Assembly: GCA_040381555.1 (NCBI GenBank)
Contig: JBEIHC010000004.1
Span: 1 to 47,200 of the forward strand
Origin: Bacteroidia bacterium
Lineage (GTDB): Bacteria > Bacteroidota > Bacteroidia > J057 > RFSG01
Reading direction: 5' to 3'
Length of the DNA stretch: 47,200 nt
Below are positions 1 through 9,507 of this stretch, in pieces. Under the pieces are notes generated by a model that was not told the DNA's origin, ran no database searches, and saw only the letters and a program-made list of their open reading frames with translations. The position numbers and the translations under genes are program-made. Position 1 is the first letter of the stretch. Each line of letters starts with the position of its first letter.

Positions 1-93
1 ATTTCAATCAGAATTTCAATTATTGCCAATACCACCCTCCCCAAACAAATACAACATGTACCCATCTGAATTTTTAAATTATTTCAGAATTTC

Positions 94-181
94 GTAGAGA
101 CGCACAATTGTGCGTCTGACAATTGTGCGTCTGACAATTATGCGTCTGACACATCAGAGACGGGCAATTGCCCGTCTCTAC
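94..181. repeat. REP doublet / REPIN-like element with an internal 15-bp tandem triplication
   Basis: GTAG (94-97) precedes the perfect palindrome AGACGCACAATTGTGCGTCT (98-117). A second perfect palindrome AGAGACGGGCAATTGCCCGTCTCT (156-179) ends in CTAC (178-181, GTAG on the minus strand). ACAATTGTGCGTCTG occurs three times (104-118, 119-133, 134-148 with one mismatch). It lies just past the GT2 stop codon. Confidence 0.8.
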
Positions 182-193
182 AAAATCCAAACC

Positions 194-1069
194 TCACCGA
201 ATCACCCGATAATTCCGATACCCCAAATCCCAACCCAAATATTTATTAATAAATATTTTTACTTTGTCCTTCAGAGGGACTGTAATTTTTGGGGAATCAT
301 ATTCAAATTCCCAATTCAGGCGTTCGATTCGTTCGCGCATTACTGCCGGGTGTGTTCCGGCAAATTTCCGTAAGGGTATATTATCCGAATAAATAAATAT
401 TTCAGACTTTCCTACATGATGATCCACCCATTCATCTGAATGCCAGTATTTATTAAAATTTAATTGTTTCTGCTGCATGGCACGCGGATCTTTTACCCAT
501 CCATAATGGTAAATAGAAGCAGGTATTTTTACCACATTTAATTTCTCATTAATCCCTTTTCTAAATCCTTGGGCATCTTTATAGGAGTACACTTTTCTCC
601 CTGGTTTAACGATTCTAATTTCATGAGCGTACCATTTCGGTGAATCACCAATAAAATCATAGGAACCATAAAAATGTTGGTATTGAAACAACAATCCATC
701 CACCTCCTGTCTCGATACATTTTGTTGCATTGCTTCCTGTACCACTGGAATAAACTGCTCAGGCAATACTTCATCCCCTTGTATATAAAAAGCCCAATCT
801 GCTTGTTCTGCTTCAACCGCTTGAAGAGCTTTATTCGTTTCTGCTGCCAACACCTGCCCCCCCTCTCTAAGCGAATCATCCCATACAGTATCGAGTATTT
901 TTATTTTTCCGGGAGCTAATTGTTCAATTAATTCCCGGGTTCCATCTTCTGAGGCTCCTACTGCAACAATTACGGTATCACATAAGGGTAAGATAGATAG
1001 AATGGCTTCTTGTACCGGATAATCATACCGAATGGCATTCCGAATAAAAGTAAAGCCGACAACTTTCAT
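194..1069 (-). CDS. Glycosyltransferase family 2 (GT-A fold) protein
   Basis: 291 aa. GT2-type N-terminus (GFTFIRNA...EAILSILPLCD.VIVAVG.SEDGT), acidic IQGDE motif, late YHYGWV motif. Confidence 0.8.
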   Translation of the reverse strand: MKVVGFTFIRNAIRYDYPVQEAILSILPLCDTVIVAVGASEDGTRELIEQLAPGKIKILDTVWDDSLREGGQVLAAETNKALQAVEAEQADWAFYIQGDEVLPEQFIPVVQEAMQQNVSRQEVDGLLFQYQHFYGSYDFIGDSPKWYAHEIRIVKPGRKVYSYKDAQGFRKGINEKLNVVKIPASIYHYGWVKDPRAMQQKQLNFNKYWHSDEWVDHHVGKSEIFIYSDNIPLRKFAGTHPAVMRERIERLNWEFEYDSPKITVPLKDKVKIFINKYLGWDLGYRNYRVIR

Positions 1070-1101
1070 AGTGAATTATTCTGGCACAAAATTCAATTAA
1101 T

Positions 1102-1126
1102 AAAAAGGCTCTGATTGCTCAGAGCC
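1102..1126 (-). terminator. Intrinsic terminator after accC
   Basis: Stem GGCTCTGA/TCAGAGCC (1107-1126) with a 4-nt loop, followed on the minus strand by T5 (1102-1106). Confidence 0.7.
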
Positions 1127-1148
1127 CGTATTTTTATTTTCAGGAAAA

Positions 1149-2492
1149 CTATTTCCTAAAATCCCATTCTTCCAAAAACTTCGTATTGAAATCTCCGGCA
1201 CGGAATCTTTCATTCTTCATCAATTTCTGATGGAATGGAATGGTGGTTTTAATTCCTTCGATGATAAACTCATCTAGGGCTCTTTCCATTTTAGAAATGA
1301 CTTCTTCCCTTGAAAAGGCAGAGACAATCAACTTCCCAATCATTGAATCATAATTGGGCGGAATGGTGTAGCCAGCAAAAGCATGGGTATCCACGCGAAC
1401 CCCATGTCCACCTGGTTTATGGAAATTCGTGATGGTGCCCGGGCTAGGACGAAAATCATTGAAAGGATCTTCGGCATTAATTCTGACTTCCATGGCAAAC
1501 TTCCCTTCCGGAAAATAATGTCTTCCGGATACTTTCTCCCCATAGGCGACTTTGATTTGTTCTTTAATCAAGTCATAATGAAATATTTCTTCTGTCACCG
1601 GATGCTCTACCTGAATCCGGGTATTCATTTCCATGAAATAGAATTTCCCGTGTTTATCCAGAAGAAATTCCACCGTTCCAGCGCCTTCATAATTTACATG
1701 TTTGGCCCCTTTTACAGCCGCATCCCCAATTTTCTCTCTGAGTTTTTGATCCACAGCAGGGGAAGGAGATTCTTCCACTAGTTTTTGGTGTCTCCTCTGA
1801 ATGGAGCAATCCCTTTCAGAAAGATGGGAAATATTTCCGTATTGATCTCCAACGATTTGAATTTCAATATGTCGAGGTTCTTCGATGAATTTTTCGAGAT
1901 ACATCCCATCATTTCCGAATGCAGCACCAGCTTCTGTACGAGCAGAATTCCAGGCTTCTTCAAATTCTTCTTCTTTCCAAACCAGCCTCATTCCTTTACC
2001 TCCTCCTCCGGCAGTCGCTTTGAGCAAAACTGGGTATCCAATTTTTTGGGCGACTTTCTTACCCTCAGCAAGGCTGCTGAGAATCCCTTCAGAACCAGGA
2101 ATAACTGGTACTCCAGCGGCTTTCATAGTTGCCTTTGCCGTAGCCTTATCCCCCATTGCATTGATAATTTCCGGAGGGCTTCCGATAAATTTAAAGCCAT
2201 GGTCGCGGCATATCTGAGAAAACTCTGCATTCTCAGAAAGAAAACCATACCCCGGGTGTATTGCATCCACGCCAGTAATTTCTGCAGCCGCCAGAATATT
2301 CATCATATTGAGGTAACTATCCCGACTGGGGGGAGGGCCTATACAAACGGCCTCATCTGCAAATCGAACATGAAGGCTATCCTTGTCTGCTGTGGAATAA
2401 ACCGCAACAGTACTGATGCCCATTTCTTTGCAAGTTCTTTGAATCCTAAGGGCGATTTCTCCCCTATTGGCAATGAGTATTTTCTTGAACAA
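1149..2492 (-). CDS. accC: Acetyl-CoA carboxylase, biotin carboxylase subunit
   Basis: 447 aa, TTG start. [46 protein letters not shown] and [14 protein letters not shown] motifs. Adjacent to accB. Confidence 0.97.
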   Translation of the reverse strand: MFKKILIANRGEIALRIQRTCKEMGISTVAVYSTADKDSLHVRFADEAVCIGPPPSRDSYLNMMNILAAAEITGVDAIHPGYGFLSENAEFSQICRDHGFKFIGSPPEIINAMGDKATAKATMKAAGVPVIPGSEGILSSLAEGKKVAQKIGYPVLLKATAGGGGKGMRLVWKEEEFEEAWNSARTEAGAAFGNDGMYLEKFIEEPRHIEIQIVGDQYGNISHLSERDCSIQRRHQKLVEESPSPAVDQKLREKIGDAAVKGAKHVNYEGAGTVEFLLDKHGKFYFMEMNTRIQVEHPVTEEIFHYDLIKEQIKVAYGEKVSGRHYFPEGKFAMEVRINAEDPFNDFRPSPGTITNFHKPGGHGVRVDTHAFAGYTIPPNYDSMIGKLIVSAFSREEVISKMERALDEFIIEGIKTTIPFHQKLMKNERFRAGDFNTKFLEEWDFRK

Positions 2493-2511
2493 AGCCTGTT
2501 GGTTTGAGAGA

Positions 2512-3024
2512 TTAAGACAATTCTATCAGGAAAAGGGGTTGATCGTATTCTACCGGTTGCGCATTCTCAACTAGGATTTTAACGATTTTACCCTCTACAT
2601 CTGATTCAATTTCATTAAAAAGCTTCATAGCCTCAATAATACAGAGCACTTGACCTTTGCGAACTGTATCTCCTACTTTCACAAAAACATCTTTGTCTGG
2701 GCCTGAAGAACGGTAGAAGGTACCGATAATTGGGGAACGATATTCGAAAGTAGCTTTCCCGGAATCACTGGATGCTGAGGATGAATCTGAGGAAGAGTTG
2801 GCTGGAGCGGCACCTGAAGAAGGGGCGGCAAACTGAGGCGCTGGCATAGTCATTACGGGAGCGGGCATCAGAGCAGGAGCAGCATATTGAGCTTGAACCA
2901 TCTGAACATCCGGCAATTGACGCTTAACCTTAAGCTTAAAATCTTTTTGCTCGATTTCTACCTCTGTCAATTCTGATTTGCTTACAAACCTCAGAATTTC
3001 CTGAATTGATTTAAAATCCATCAT
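2512..3024 (-). CDS. accB: Acetyl-CoA carboxylase biotin carboxyl carrier protein
   Basis: [10 protein letters not shown] biotinylation motif, SPIIGTFYR and an Ala/Pro/Ser-rich linker. Start taken at ATG 3024 (ATG 3021 or GTG 3030 also possible). Confidence 0.96.
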   Translation of the reverse strand: MMDFKSIQEILRFVSKSELTEVEIEQKDFKLKVKRQLPDVQMVQAQYAAPALMPAPVMTMPAPQFAAPSSGAAPANSSSDSSSASSDSGKATFEYRSPIIGTFYRSSGPDKDVFVKVGDTVRKGQVLCIIEAMKLFNEIESDVEGKIVKILVENAQPVEYDQPLFLIELS

Positions 3025-3164
3025 TTTCACGATAAAAGTTTACCTATTTTTAAGAGGTGCAAGTTAATAAAATAATTAATCGGAAGGAGGGATGAAAGCA
3101 GGAGAATCAATCGCGATTCCTATTGGATATTAGGGTTTGAAAGGAAGGATTATCAGGGATAAAT

Positions 3165-4154
3165 TTACTCCCCTATCGCCCACTTCACATACACAGCGCC
3201 CCAGGTGAATCCCCCTCCAAAAGAAGCCAAAATTAAATTATCTCCTTTCTTCAGGCGACCTTTCCATTCCCATAAACACAGGGGAATAGTACCAGAGGTT
3301 GTGTTGCCATACTTTTGGATGTTGAGCATTACCTTATTTTCATCCAGGCCCATTCTTTGGGCGGTGGCATCAATTATTCTTTTATTAGCCTGATGGGGAA
3401 CGAGCCAGGCAATATCGTCGGCTGTCAGATTGTTTTTCTCCATAATCTGAGCTGCGACCTCTGCCATATTCGTCACGGCAAATTTAAATACCGTTTTACC
3501 TTCCTGATAAACAAAGTGCTCTTTTGCTCGAACCGTTTCTTCGGTAGCAGGTTTGGCAGAACCACCAGCCTTCATGTGCAGGAATTCCCTTCCAGCCCCA
3601 TCACTATGAAGGATTGAATCTATTACTCCTAGACCTTCTGTATTGGGCTCGAGTAAAACAGCGCCGCCCCCATCTCCAAAAATGATGCAGGTATTGCGAT
3701 CTTCATAATCTATAATAGAAGACATTTTATCGGCACCTACAACGATGACCTTTTTACAGAAACCAGTTTCGATAAATTGAGCACCGACAGTGAGAGCATA
3801 AATAAATCCAGAACAGGCTGCTTGCAGGTCAAATCCCCAGGCATTTTTAGCTCCGATGCGGTCAGTCACCACATTAGCGGTAGCAGGGAATACCATATCG
3901 GGGGTTGTTGTAGCAAAAATGACTAGATCAATCTCTAGGGGGTCTAGATTTTCATTTTTCAACAATTGATTGATTGCCTGAACCCCAATTTCAGAAGGAC
4001 CATAAGGGCCCTTGAGAATATGTCGTTCCTTGATACCCGTTCTTTCTGTAATCCAGGCATCGGTGGTGTCAATCATTTTTTCGAGATCCTGGTTGGACAA
4101 AACATCCTTAGGAACCCAAGCTTCGACGGCCGTAATGGCTGCAGTAATTTTCAT
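3165..4154 (-). CDS. fabH: 3-oxoacyl-ACP synthase III
   Basis: Catalytic Cys-His-Asn motifs [14 protein letters not shown] and YGNT, plus FGGGFTWG. Start moved to ATG 4154 (MKITAAIT) so it does not overlap plsX. Confidence 0.96.
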   Translation of the reverse strand: MKITAAITAVEAWVPKDVLSNQDLEKMIDTTDAWITERTGIKERHILKGPYGPSEIGVQAINQLLKNENLDPLEIDLVIFATTTPDMVFPATANVVTDRIGAKNAWGFDLQAACSGFIYALTVGAQFIETGFCKKVIVVGADKMSSIIDYEDRNTCIIFGDGGGAVLLEPNTEGLGVIDSILHSDGAGREFLHMKAGGSAKPATEETVRAKEHFVYQEGKTVFKFAVTNMAEVAAQIMEKNNLTADDIAWLVPHQANKRIIDATAQRMGLDENKVMLNIQKYGNTTSGTIPLCLWEWKGRLKKGDNLILASFGGGFTWGAVYVKWAIGE

Positions 4155-4167
4155 AGTGGGAGGCAGC

Positions 4168-5121
4168 TCAACTGGGTTGTACAAAATCTTTGATAGCTTT
4201 CTCTATTTTGGCTGTCAAGTTTGAATTGACTACATCTTCGGCAGTGCGTACCATGGAGACGAAAGCTCGAGGGGTTGAAATACCGTGACCGATAATGGAC
4301 ACGCCTTTGACCCCCAAAACGGGTAGCCCGCCATAATTCTCGAAATTGAACGATTTCACCAATTCATCCTCTGGAAAGCGGGCATGAAACAAGTCGTAAA
4401 AGGATTCAGCAAACTTCAATACGATATTTCCGGTATAACCATCACAAACATATACATCGGCTTTACCAATATTCAAATCTCTTCCTTCAGCATTGCCGAT
4501 AAAGTTTATGCCAGTATGTTTATCTAATAATTCATAAGTTGCGAGTGCGAGTTGGCTTCCCTTTGTACGCTCCTCCCCAACATTCAACAAAGCAACCCGA
4601 GGTTGGGCAACGCCCAACACTTCTTTCATGAAAATGGAGCCCAATAAAGCAAATTGAGCTAAATATTCTGGCTTGCAATCTGCATTGGCGCCTACATCAC
4701 ATACAATGGAATAGGTACCATTGCAAGGATAGAGAGCCCCGATAGTAGGCCGCAACACTCCTTCAATATTTCCCAATCCAAGAACTGAACCCACCAACAT
4801 TGCCCCGGTATTTCCGGCACTAATGAAAGCGTCCAATTCCTGGTCTCGATGCATTCGAATTCCTTTATGAATGGATGAATCTGTCTTTTGAGTATATGCT
4901 CTAGCCGGATGCTCGTCCATACCAATTACCTCTGAGGTATGAACAACATCAAACGCATCGGCACTGATATTCTGCCGATTCATTTCGGCGCGAATAACAG
5001 TTTCATCCCCAATTAATACCAACCGGGTATCCGATTGAATCTGGGAAAGAGCCAAACAGGCACCGGCTATGGGAGCTTGTGGTACAAAGTCCCCTCCCAT
5101 TACATCTATGCCGATACGCAT
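4168..5121 (-). CDS. plsX: Phosphate acyltransferase PlsX
   Basis: 317 aa. [37 protein letters not shown] and YGG..LG motifs. Canonical position between rpmF and fabH. Confidence 0.95.
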   Translation of the reverse strand: MRIGIDVMGGDFVPQAPIAGACLALSQIQSDTRLVLIGDETVIRAEMNRQNISADAFDVVHTSEVIGMDEHPARAYTQKTDSSIHKGIRMHRDQELDAFISAGNTGAMLVGSVLGLGNIEGVLRPTIGALYPCNGTYSIVCDVGANADCKPEYLAQFALLGSIFMKEVLGVAQPRVALLNVGEERTKGSQLALATYELLDKHTGINFIGNAEGRDLNIGKADVYVCDGYTGNIVLKFAESFYDLFHARFPEDELVKSFNFENYGGLPVLGVKGVSIIGHGISTPRAFVSMVRTAEDVVNSNLTAKIEKAIKDFVQPS

Positions 5122-5129
5122 AATAAGGC

Positions 5130-5312
5130 TTATTCTTCCTTACCTTTCATCACCTGGCGACCGCGATAAAATCCGCTCTCCAAGCATACACGATGATACA
5201 GAGTGGCTTCTCCTGAAACCTGATCTACATAAGTAGGCAGATAAGTCAATTTATCATGCGTTCTGCGCTTATCCCTGCGGGTCTTGGAAATTTTTCGTTT
5301 AGGATGTGCCAT
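5130..5312 (-). CDS. rpmF: 50S ribosomal protein L32
   Basis: 60 aa. [20 protein letters not shown]-terminus, HRVC..GFYRG C-terminus, yceD-rpmF-plsX synteny. Confidence 0.96.
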   Translation of the reverse strand: MAHPKRKISKTRRDKRRTHDKLTYLPTYVDQVSGEATLYHRVCLESGFYRGRQVMKGKEE

Positions 5313-5334
5313 TTTTCTTGTTTATTATTTTGTA

Positions 5335-5883
5335 CTAATTATCAGACTTTAATTTCTTTAATGCTTCCCAGCGAGGATCTACAAGGGATTCTTCCGAAAC
5401 CTCCCCAATTTTCCCCTGCGCCTTCAACAGATTGAGCGGATTATTTGGACATTCTTCCCCACAGTCTTCAGGTACTTTTCGAATTGGTATCTCCAAACAG
5501 ACAAAATCATATATCTCTTGGCTCACATCCAATAAATGAGCTTTTGGCTCAATATAGAGTACCTCATCAAATTCTGCTTCCTCCTCAACGCCCTTTGCTT
5601 CGTAGGTGTAAACCAATCGCCTCTCGCTCCTTACTCTAAACGAAAAAGGCAATACACAACGATCACATGCCAATACTACTTCCCCAGCTATCCGAAAATG
5701 TGCATCTAATTGATTCAAACTCTTATGCAACTCCAAATACACCTCTACTTTCCCCGATTGCACTATGGGCTGCTCAAAATGTCCAAAGAACTTCTCTCCT
5801 ACTTCAAAATGAAACTCATTTTTCCCACTTTTCAACTTAGGGAGTTCTATACTGAACTCTCGAATATCATCCGAGCGCATCAT
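5335..5883 (-). CDS. yceD: YceD / DUF177 family protein (ribosome-accumulation related)
   Basis: 182 aa. CDRC motif, C-terminal DPRWEALKKL, directly upstream of rpmF. Confidence 0.9.
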   Translation of the reverse strand: MMRSDDIREFSIELPKLKSGKNEFHFEVGEKFFGHFEQPIVQSGKVEVYLELHKSLNQLDAHFRIAGEVVLACDRCVLPFSFRVRSERRLVYTYEAKGVEEEAEFDEVLYIEPKAHLLDVSQEIYDFVCLEIPIRKVPEDCGEECPNNPLNLLKAQGKIGEVSEESLVDPRWEALKKLKSDN

Positions 5884-5905
5884 GAGTCAAACTGAAATAA
5901 GAATG

Positions 5906-5936
5906 CAAAGTTAGGCAAAGACTGAATAATTTCAAA
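5906..5936 (-). promoter_or_regulatory. Bacteroidota housekeeping-sigma promoter of the yceD-rpmF-plsX-fabH operon
   Basis: Minus strand TTTG (5933-5936), 19-nt spacer, TAACTTTG (5906-5913). Matches the established TTTG/TAnnTTTG -33/-7 consensus, 22 nt before the yceD start. Confidence 0.7.
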
Positions 5937-6123
5937 ACTTTTGAAATCTTCTCTAATTGCCAGTCATTTTATCTGATTTTTTTCTGGAAAACGAATCCAG
6001 TTCCAACATAAGCTTGCTTTCAAAACTTGTAAAAAATCAAAATCAAACTGGAATAAACCTTCAACTATTGGTTTTATTCTATAATTTCAATAAAAATAAC
6101 GATTTTTGACCGGTTGATACAGC

Positions 6124-8487
6124 ATGAAATTCTATAAAGACATAGCCTTTGTCATCTTACTGGTTCTAGGCAGCCTGCTTGCGTTTATGCGTTGGCAGGG
6201 GGAAAACTTATTTCCTACATTGTCTGGAGAAACCGGGCTACCTGCATGGGATTGGATTGTCTGGTCTGAAAGCCCCAAGGGGCTTACCGCAAATCAAGTC
6301 TATCGAGTAGCAATGAATACTCCAGGAAGTGGTATTCAGATAGGAGATATTTTAAAAAAAGTTGAATATCAATCTATTCCAGACAATAAACTCCTTTCCG
6401 AAATCCATTTCGCCTCTGCACCGGGGAAAATCTTAATTTACCAAATCGAACGAGAAGAAGCCAATACATTCATACCCAGAAAACTCAATCTTTTCGTCTT
6501 TCTCTCTTGGAAACCCTTCTTCTCTTCTGCCGACTATCCCGTTATTTGGAATTTACAAGCAGTTTTGGGTATCATTTTAGGATTCCTCACCTTAATCATC
6601 TTTTTGATTCTATACCCCCTTATTCGCGGGAGCCTCCAAAAAAATCTACCGATCCTTTTACTACTCATTTTTGCCCTCCTCCAGTTTACTTGGTTTACCT
6701 TTCGAACTCTTCGGATTCGCTTGGATTTCCCTGCTTCCCTGGTATTTCAAGAACAAATTTTCATTCTGGCTTGGTCTCTTTTGGCAATTCTGATTGGGAT
6801 AATGGCATTATTAGCCTTACCAGGAAAATTTCAAAAAATAAAGATAATCCCCTCGCTGCTTATTCTCTTTTCCTTGACCTGGGCCATTCCCCATTCCTTA
6901 TTTATTCGGGAAGATTTTAGAGAACATAGCGCCAATCTTTGTAATTATCTGATTTTTATCTCCTCCCTTCATTCTTTATGGTTTGTCAGCTCTGATAGAG
7001 AATCCGGCCCTGTTAAAGACTTAAAATGGTTTAGGTGGTTATCTAGTATTAGTTTAACCCTCTTGCTTACCCTCAGTTCTCTACAATTGCTTGGAATGTC
7101 TTTCTTCCGGGCCGAAAAAGCTGTACTTGAATCCGGATTTTTGATTTCCCTGTTTTTACCCGTATTGGATTTAAGTGCCTCAAGACTAAAGTTTGGAAAA
7201 ACAACCGTAGTACTTACCCGTACCATTCAGTACTTATTATTTTCAGCAGCAGTCTTTTTGGTTTATTTGTCGTTCGGTTGGCTATTAGAAAACCTATATC
7301 CGGGAGCCCCCTACTTGGAATGGATTAATTTGCTGATCGTCATTGTGGCAGCTCTGACAGCGCGGGCTATTTATCATCGAAATAAAAGTCGATTTACCCA
7401 AATGGGAATTTCGCTTCAACCTAGGCAGACAGAGGAAATACAGCAATTTATAGCTGGAATTCCCAGATATACTCATAGCCAAGATTTAATTCAAGATGCA
7501 ACCCAATACCTTCAAAAATACTTTTCAGCTCAAACCGTCTTGTTTTGGCTGGAAGACCAGGAAGGACCCGAAGAAATTGAAGTAGAAAAGAAATTACATT
7601 ATATCCAGGTTTTTCATGCTTTGACGCTCCCAGAACTATTTTGGTCGGCAAACAAAGAATTATCCGGGCTTATTTTAACTGCCAAAGATGAAGTCTACCT
7701 GATTGAAAACGGATGGAATATTGCTTTGCCCCTGAGATTTTCCAGAGCCAAAGCCGGTCTTTTACTTCTAGGTAAAAAGAAAAAAGGCGTGTATAACCTG
7801 GAAGACTTGGATTTACTCCGGCGTATCAGCACACAAATTTGGCTCACATTGGACATATTATATCTGCTGGAAAACGAAAAATTATTGATGCAAAAAACGA
7901 TGGAAGCGAATCTGACCGCTCTTCGTTCTCAGATTAATCCGCACTTCCTATTCAATACGCTGAATACGATTGCCGCATTAATTCATGATAGTCCGGAAAT
8001 GGCAGAACTAGCAGTCGAAAACCTCGCCTATATTTTCAGGTATACCCTACGAACCTCAGGCGATAACTTTTCTACGGTAGAGAATGAAATGGGATTGGTC
8101 AGTAAATACCTAGAAATAGAAAAATTCCGATTTGGCGAAAAATTAGAAGTAATTATCGAAATAGATGAAGCTTGCAAAAATTTAGAACTCCCAGCCTTAG
8201 TGATTCAGACGATTGTTGAAAACTGTATTAAGCATGGAATTGCCAAAATTGTCACTAAAGGAATTGTTGCCATTCGCATATTCGAACAAGGGACATTTCT
8301 AAAAGCTGTCATCGAGGATAATGGACCCGGAATCCGTTCAGACAGGATATTAAAGGGTACAGGTCTTAATAATATCCATTCAAGATTACATAGTTTGTAT
8401 GATAACTCAGATATACTGACTTTTGAGAATACTGGGAATGGAACCAGGGTTACGCTAACTTTACCCAAGATAAAACATGAAAAATAA
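6124..8487 (+). CDS. LytS/YehU-family sensor histidine kinase with a PDZ-like N-terminal domain, multiple TM helices and a GAF-like domain
   Basis: 787 aa. H-box SQINPHFLFNTLN, VENCIKHG, DNGPG and GTGLNN. Hydrophobic segments across about aa 140-415. GAF-like ALPL..GLLLLG.K..YNLEDLDLL. PDZ-like VAMNTPGSGIQIGDIL. Confidence 0.88.
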   Translation: MKFYKDIAFVILLVLGSLLAFMRWQGENLFPTLSGETGLPAWDWIVWSESPKGLTANQVYRVAMNTPGSGIQIGDILKKVEYQSIPDNKLLSEIHFASAPGKILIYQIEREEANTFIPRKLNLFVFLSWKPFFSSADYPVIWNLQAVLGIILGFLTLIIFLILYPLIRGSLQKNLPILLLLIFALLQFTWFTFRTLRIRLDFPASLVFQEQIFILAWSLLAILIGIMALLALPGKFQKIKIIPSLLILFSLTWAIPHSLFIREDFREHSANLCNYLIFISSLHSLWFVSSDRESGPVKDLKWFRWLSSISLTLLLTLSSLQLLGMSFFRAEKAVLESGFLISLFLPVLDLSASRLKFGKTTVVLTRTIQYLLFSAAVFLVYLSFGWLLENLYPGAPYLEWINLLIVIVAALTARAIYHRNKSRFTQMGISLQPRQTEEIQQFIAGIPRYTHSQDLIQDATQYLQKYFSAQTVLFWLEDQEGPEEIEVEKKLHYIQVFHALTLPELFWSANKELSGLILTAKDEVYLIENGWNIALPLRFSRAKAGLLLLGKKKKGVYNLEDLDLLRRISTQIWLTLDILYLLENEKLLMQKTMEANLTALRSQINPHFLFNTLNTIAALIHDSPEMAELAVENLAYIFRYTLRTSGDNFSTVENEMGLVSKYLEIEKFRFGEKLEVIIEIDEACKNLELPALVIQTIVENCIKHGIAKIVTKGIVAIRIFEQGTFLKAVIEDNGPGIRSDRILKGTGLNNIHSRLHSLYDNSDILTFENTGNGTRVTLTLPKIKHEK

Positions 8488-9250
8488 ATATCGCGTACTG
8501 ATTGCAGATGATGAAGCACCTGCCAGAAATAAAATGCAGCGAATGCTGGGCCAATTTGAACATGTAGAAATAATCCATGTAGCTCAAAATGGTTTAGATG
8601 CTTTAGAACATATAGAGAAAATGCGTCCGGATATTGCCTTTTTGGATATTGAAATGCCTGGTCTTTCTGGGATTGAAGTGGCGCAGAGTATCGCTCCTGG
8701 TAAGATTCCGTATATTGTTTTTGCTACCGCTTATAATGAATATGCTGTAAATGCCTTTGAACTTAACGCAATTGATTACTTACTAAAGCCTTTTAGTGGT
8801 GAGCGGATTCAACAGACTCTGGAAAAAATTCAGCAAAATCCAAGAGGCCGTTTTGCCGAAAATAATCTGAAAAACATTGATAAAGTTGCTCAAGACCTTG
8901 AATCTACTGGGTCTTTTCAGTTTTCCAACAAAATCCCCATACCAACGGTAGATAGATATAAATTAGTAGATTATGATGATGTCGTTTGCATCGAAGTGGA
9001 AGAAAGATTCACCATTATTTATGCAAAAGACAGAACTTATACGGTCTCACAAACGCTAGATCATTTCGAAAAGAAGCTCCCCCAGGCTGAATTTTTCAGA
9101 GTCAACCGTGCTTGCATTATCTCTCTATCCAAGGTTAAAGAGATCGTTATTTGGTTTGGAAATCGCTTTAAAATTATCCTAACAAATGGCAAAGAAGTTA
9201 TTAGCAGCCGAGAAAAATCTAAACATTTAAAACACATCCTAAAATATTAA
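8477..9250 (+). CDS. LytTR-family response regulator
   Basis: 257 aa. Receiver motifs IADDE, FLDIEMP, ATAY and DYLLKP; LytTR motif FFRVNRACII. Overlaps the kinase stop by 11 nt. Confidence 0.93.
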   Translation: MKNKYRVLIADDEAPARNKMQRMLGQFEHVEIIHVAQNGLDALEHIEKMRPDIAFLDIEMPGLSGIEVAQSIAPGKIPYIVFATAYNEYAVNAFELNAIDYLLKPFSGERIQQTLEKIQQNPRGRFAENNLKNIDKVAQDLESTGSFQFSNKIPIPTVDRYKLVDYDDVVCIEVEERFTIIYAKDRTYTVSQTLDHFEKKLPQAEFFRVNRACIISLSKVKEIVIWFGNRFKIILTNGKEVISSREKSKHLKHILKY

Positions 9251-9311
9251 CAGATGTTTTTTTGAAAAGCATCCGTCCTGTTGTGTAATAAAATTAGATC
9301 ACTCGACCCTG

Positions 9312-9340
9312 AAAAAAGACCATCTTCTGATGGTCTTTTT
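9312..9340. terminator. Bidirectional intrinsic terminator, copy 1
   Basis: A6-GACCATC-TTCT-GATGGTC-T5, between convergent genes. Confidence 0.75.
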
Positions 9341-9397
9341 ATATATAATCATTTTAAAATTGGAAATTTCAAGCTTACTGTAAGCAAAAGTCTACGC

Positions 9398-9428
9398 AAA
9401 AAAAGACCATCTATCGATGGTCTTTTTT
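9398..9428. terminator. Bidirectional intrinsic terminator, copy 2
   Basis: A7-GACCATC-TATC-GATGGTC-T6, with the same stem as copy 1. Confidence 0.75.
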
Positions 9429-9507
9429 ATTCATTAAATTAATACAGTGATTCTAATTTGTGTTGATTTCAAGTCATACCTGAATACAAGCAAACTTGAT
9501 CCCATTA

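Noticed and set aside
110-373. 87-aa ORF beginning MRLTIVRLTIMRLT
   Set aside because: It derives from the 15-bp REP triplication and runs antisense to the GT2 gene.
1785-2507. 240-aa plus-strand ORF, and similar shadow ORFs such as 16851..17366, 24556..25071 and 42396..42818
   Set aside because: They are antisense to well-supported genes, have no recognisable motifs, and are expected from codon bias.
3109-3118. AATCGCGATT palindrome as a REP remnant
   Set aside because: Only 10 bp, with no GTAG-AGACG context and no second copy seen.
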